Below, one piece after another: positions 26,905 to 29,137 of a DNA stretch of 29,137 nt. The first letter of the stretch is position 1. The number at the start of each line of letters is the position of its first letter. The stretch comes from Bacteroidota bacterium (GTDB lineage Bacteria > Bacteroidota > Ignavibacteria > UBA10030 > UBA8401): NCBI GenBank assembly GCA_025355705.1, contig JANXZD010000411.1, positions 1 to 29,137 of the forward strand, in the 5' to 3' direction. The notes beneath the pieces are model-generated. The model made no database searches, was not told the DNA's origin, and was given only the letters and a program-made list of their open reading frames with translations. Position numbers and translations under genes: made by a program.

Positions 26905-27006
26905 ACACCATACTTTATTAACTTTTCTCTTTGGTTTTACACCAATCATTCTGTAATTTCATTTAGCAGTTCTTCGTTACATATTTATCATTCATCATTA
27001 TTAAAA

Positions 27007-27864
27007 ATGGCTATTTCAATTGGAATTGTTGGTGCTGGAACAATGGGGGCAGGAATTGCACACATTGCAGCGTTGAACAAATGCACGGTTTCTCTCTATG
27101 ATATCAACGAAGAAGTGATCCGCCGTAGTGTAGAGCGGATCAATTTCGAGATGAAACGAAGCGTCGATAAGAATAAGATCTCGGACGACGATATGAAGCA
27201 GGCGCTCACCCGCATCAAAAAACGAACGAACATCAATGATCTTGATACGTGTGATATTATCATTGAAGCAGTGTTGGAAGACATTCGAGTAAAGAAAGAT
27301 CTTTTCAAAAAATTAGACCAGATCGCCCATCATACAGCGATCCTTGCAACGAACACCTCTTCCCTTTCGGTCACATCCATTGCAGCAGCGACCAAAAAAC
27401 CTGAACGCGTTGTTGGGATGCATTTTTTCAATCCCGTTCACTTAATGAAACTTGTTGAGATCGTCAAAGGGGCAAAAACTTCTTCCGAAACGATCACACA
27501 AACGATTGCCATTGCAGAAAAACTTGGGAAAAAGACAATCGTAACAAAAGACACTCCCGGATTTGTAGTGAACAGAGTTGCGCGACCATTCTATTCTGAA
27601 GCGTTGAAGATTCTAAGCGAGAATGTTACCACCGTTGAAGAGATCGACCGCATTGTAAAAAAGAGCGGCGGATTCAAGATGGGTCCTTTTGAATTGATGG
27701 ATATGATCGGCAATGATGTGAATTTTTCCGTCACTGAATCGATGTTCCAGCAATTCTTTAATGATCCACGATTCCAGCCGAGCCATATTCAAAAACAATT
27801 AGTAGAAGCCGGAATGTTCGGTAAAAAAACGAAGCAAGGATTCTATAATTACGAAGAAAAATGA
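27007..27864 (+). CDS. paaH: 3-hydroxyacyl-CoA dehydrogenase (PaaH/Hbd-like), catalytic part
   Basis: GIVGAGTMGAGIA, IIEAVLED, LATNTSSLS, GMHFFNP with LVE, PGFVVNR and GFKMGPFELMD. Confidence 0.85.
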   Translation: MAISIGIVGAGTMGAGIAHIAALNKCTVSLYDINEEVIRRSVERINFEMKRSVDKNKISDDDMKQALTRIKKRTNINDLDTCDIIIEAVLEDIRVKKDLFKKLDQIAHHTAILATNTSSLSVTSIAAATKKPERVVGMHFFNPVHLMKLVEIVKGAKTSSETITQTIAIAEKLGKKTIVTKDTPGFVVNRVARPFYSEALKILSENVTTVEEIDRIVKKSGGFKMGPFELMDMIGNDVNFSVTESMFQQFFNDPRFQPSHIQKQLVEAGMFGKKTKQGFYNYEEK

Positions 27865-28667
27865 AAAAACCAGTTAAAAGTGAAAAAATAAAATCTAAGA
27901 AAGTCTCTGCATCAAGATCTAAACCAAAAACTGAAAAGTCCAAACCGGTTGAAGTCAAGCAATTGATCTGTCTTCTTGGTGACGAACTATTGGTGAAAGA
28001 ATATTCCGCTGCGTTTCAGGAAAAAGGAATTGCTGTACAGGAATTGAAGAATCTTTCTACGCTCAAAACGTCGGCAAAGAAGATCACCGCAGCATTTGAA
28101 CTGACGCTGGCATCGAACGAGCAAAAGGAAAAAAATCTTCAGGCGTTGGATGAAACACTTCCTGAAAATGTTCCGATCATTTCTTCTTCAGTAACGGAAA
28201 CGATCCTGTCACAATCCAAACATTCAAAACACAAACATCGTTTTGTCGGTATCGCCGCTTTCCCAACACTATTATCCAATTCTTTGGTTGAACTTTCTCC
28301 TTCGATACATACTTCAAAAGAAATTGCGGATGAAGTGAAAACACTGTTCGATTCAATCAAAAAGGAAACGGCAATGGTGCAGGATGGTGTCGGAATGGTG
28401 ATGCCGAGAATTCTCTGTCAGATCATCAACGAAGCATTGTTCACTGTGCAGAATGATGTCGCCACGCCGAAGGAGATCGATGAAGCAATGAAACACGGAA
28501 CCAATTATCCGCACGGACCGATTTCGTGGGGTGAAATGATCGGCTTTGCAAATGTTGTAGCAGTGTTGGATGCTTTATATCATTCTCATCATGAAGAGCG
28601 ATATAAAGTTGCTCCGGTGTTACGTCAAATGGCAATTGCCGGAATCTTCTGGAAAGCAAAAGAGTAA
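27861..28667 (+). CDS. 3-hydroxyacyl-CoA dehydrogenase-like second module (degenerate NAD domain plus C-terminal domain)
   Basis: GMVMPRILCQIINEA and EIDEAMKHGTNYPHGPISWG. No GxGxxG and no catalytic His motif. ATGA overlap with the upstream gene. Confidence 0.85.
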   Translation: MKKPVKSEKIKSKKVSASRSKPKTEKSKPVEVKQLICLLGDELLVKEYSAAFQEKGIAVQELKNLSTLKTSAKKITAAFELTLASNEQKEKNLQALDETLPENVPIISSSVTETILSQSKHSKHKHRFVGIAAFPTLLSNSLVELSPSIHTSKEIADEVKTLFDSIKKETAMVQDGVGMVMPRILCQIINEALFTVQNDVATPKEIDEAMKHGTNYPHGPISWGEMIGFANVVAVLDALYHSHHEERYKVAPVLRQMAIAGIFWKAKE

Positions 28668-28672
28668 AAAAT

Positions 28673-28733
28673 AAAACCTTGTCAAGGTTCCTGCCAAAAA
28701 GAAGGCGGGCAAGCCAAAACTTGACAAGGTTTT
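28673..28733. repeat. Composite REP-like inverted repeat, possibly also a bidirectional terminator
   Basis: Perfect 14-bp arms AAAACCTTGTCAAG and CTTGACAAGGTTTT enclose an inner CCTGCC...GGCGGG hairpin, between convergent genes. Confidence 0.7.
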
Positions 28734-28761
28734 CTATCCTTAATTCCTCAACAACTCCATG

Positions 28762-29137
28762 CTATTCAGCAGGCATCATCAACGATTCTTCGAGTGGAAG
28801 CATCGGCAATGGTTCACCATTATGCTGCAAACGGAATTTCAGCATGTCAATTGTGGGATCCGACATTGATTTGGTTTCAATACCAAAAAACTTCGGCATC
28901 AATGCGCTGAAATCAAAAAATCCTTTCTTCGGCATTTCCACAATAGTAATTTTTTGCTCTTTTGGAATTCCTGCACGCTCTTTGGCAATGGAAATTGCCG
29001 TTTCCATTCCACCAAGCACGTCAACAAGACCGTTCTGTTTTCCATCCAATCCACTCCACACTCTCCCCTGCCCGATCGAATCGATCTGTTCGTAATTCAT
29101 CTTTCTACCGGCAGAGACTTTTGTGACAAATTCTTTG
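28762..29137 (-). CDS. sppA: Signal peptide peptidase SppA (protease IV), C-terminal fragment
   Basis: The frame is open to the window edge: KEFVTKVSAGRKMNYEQIDSIGQGRVWSGLDGKQNGLVDVLGGMETAISIAKERAG. Confidence 0.9.
   Translation of the reverse strand, partial: KEFVTKVSAGRKMNYEQIDSIGQGRVWSGLDGKQNGLVDVLGGMETAISIAKERAGIPKEQKITIVEMPKKGFFDFSALMPKFFGIETKSMSDPTIDMLKFRLQHNGEPLPMLPLEESLMMPAE

Noticed and set aside
1-29137. tRNA, rRNA, transposase, integrase or selenocysteine recoding
   Set aside because: No cloverleaf or rRNA signatures, no DDE, HUH or recombinase motifs, and no in-frame TGA interrupting a conserved domain were seen.

Overview
A 29.1 kb bacterial chromosomal window, probably from an FCB-group organism such as Bacteroidota/Ignavibacteria. 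This is inferred from a PorV-like gene, a TonB-dependent receptor, a DUF5916 protein and signal peptides cleaved before Gln. From left to right it holds: a truncated DUF5916 gene missed by the ORF track; an ECF sigma / HEAT-repeat anti-sigma / DUF4097 operon; small exported proteins; a Gfo/Idh/MocA oxidoreductase; an enoyl-CoA hydratase; a DEAD-box helicase with a 15-aa tandem-repeat tail; an AT-rich stand-alone P-loop ATPase; a PaaG-like isomerase; a methyltransferase; a phosphofructokinase with PPi-type motifs; a beta-barrel protein and a PorV-like gene; a trimeric [FeFe]-hydrogenase operon (hydC-hydB-hydA); a TonB-dependent receptor and EamA transporter; a split PaaH-like dehydrogenase; and the 3' end of sppA. 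The strongest candidate for an under-described system is the hydrogenase. Its HydB keeps bifurcating-type motifs, but a GltD/NfnB-like NADP(H)-binding flavoprotein module sits where the C-terminal 2x[4Fe-4S] domain normally is. The second candidate is the AT-rich, effector-less ATPase whose stop codon overlaps the start of the PaaG-like gene. I found no tRNA, rRNA, CRISPR array or transposase. All family assignments come from motif recognition by eye; no database search was run.
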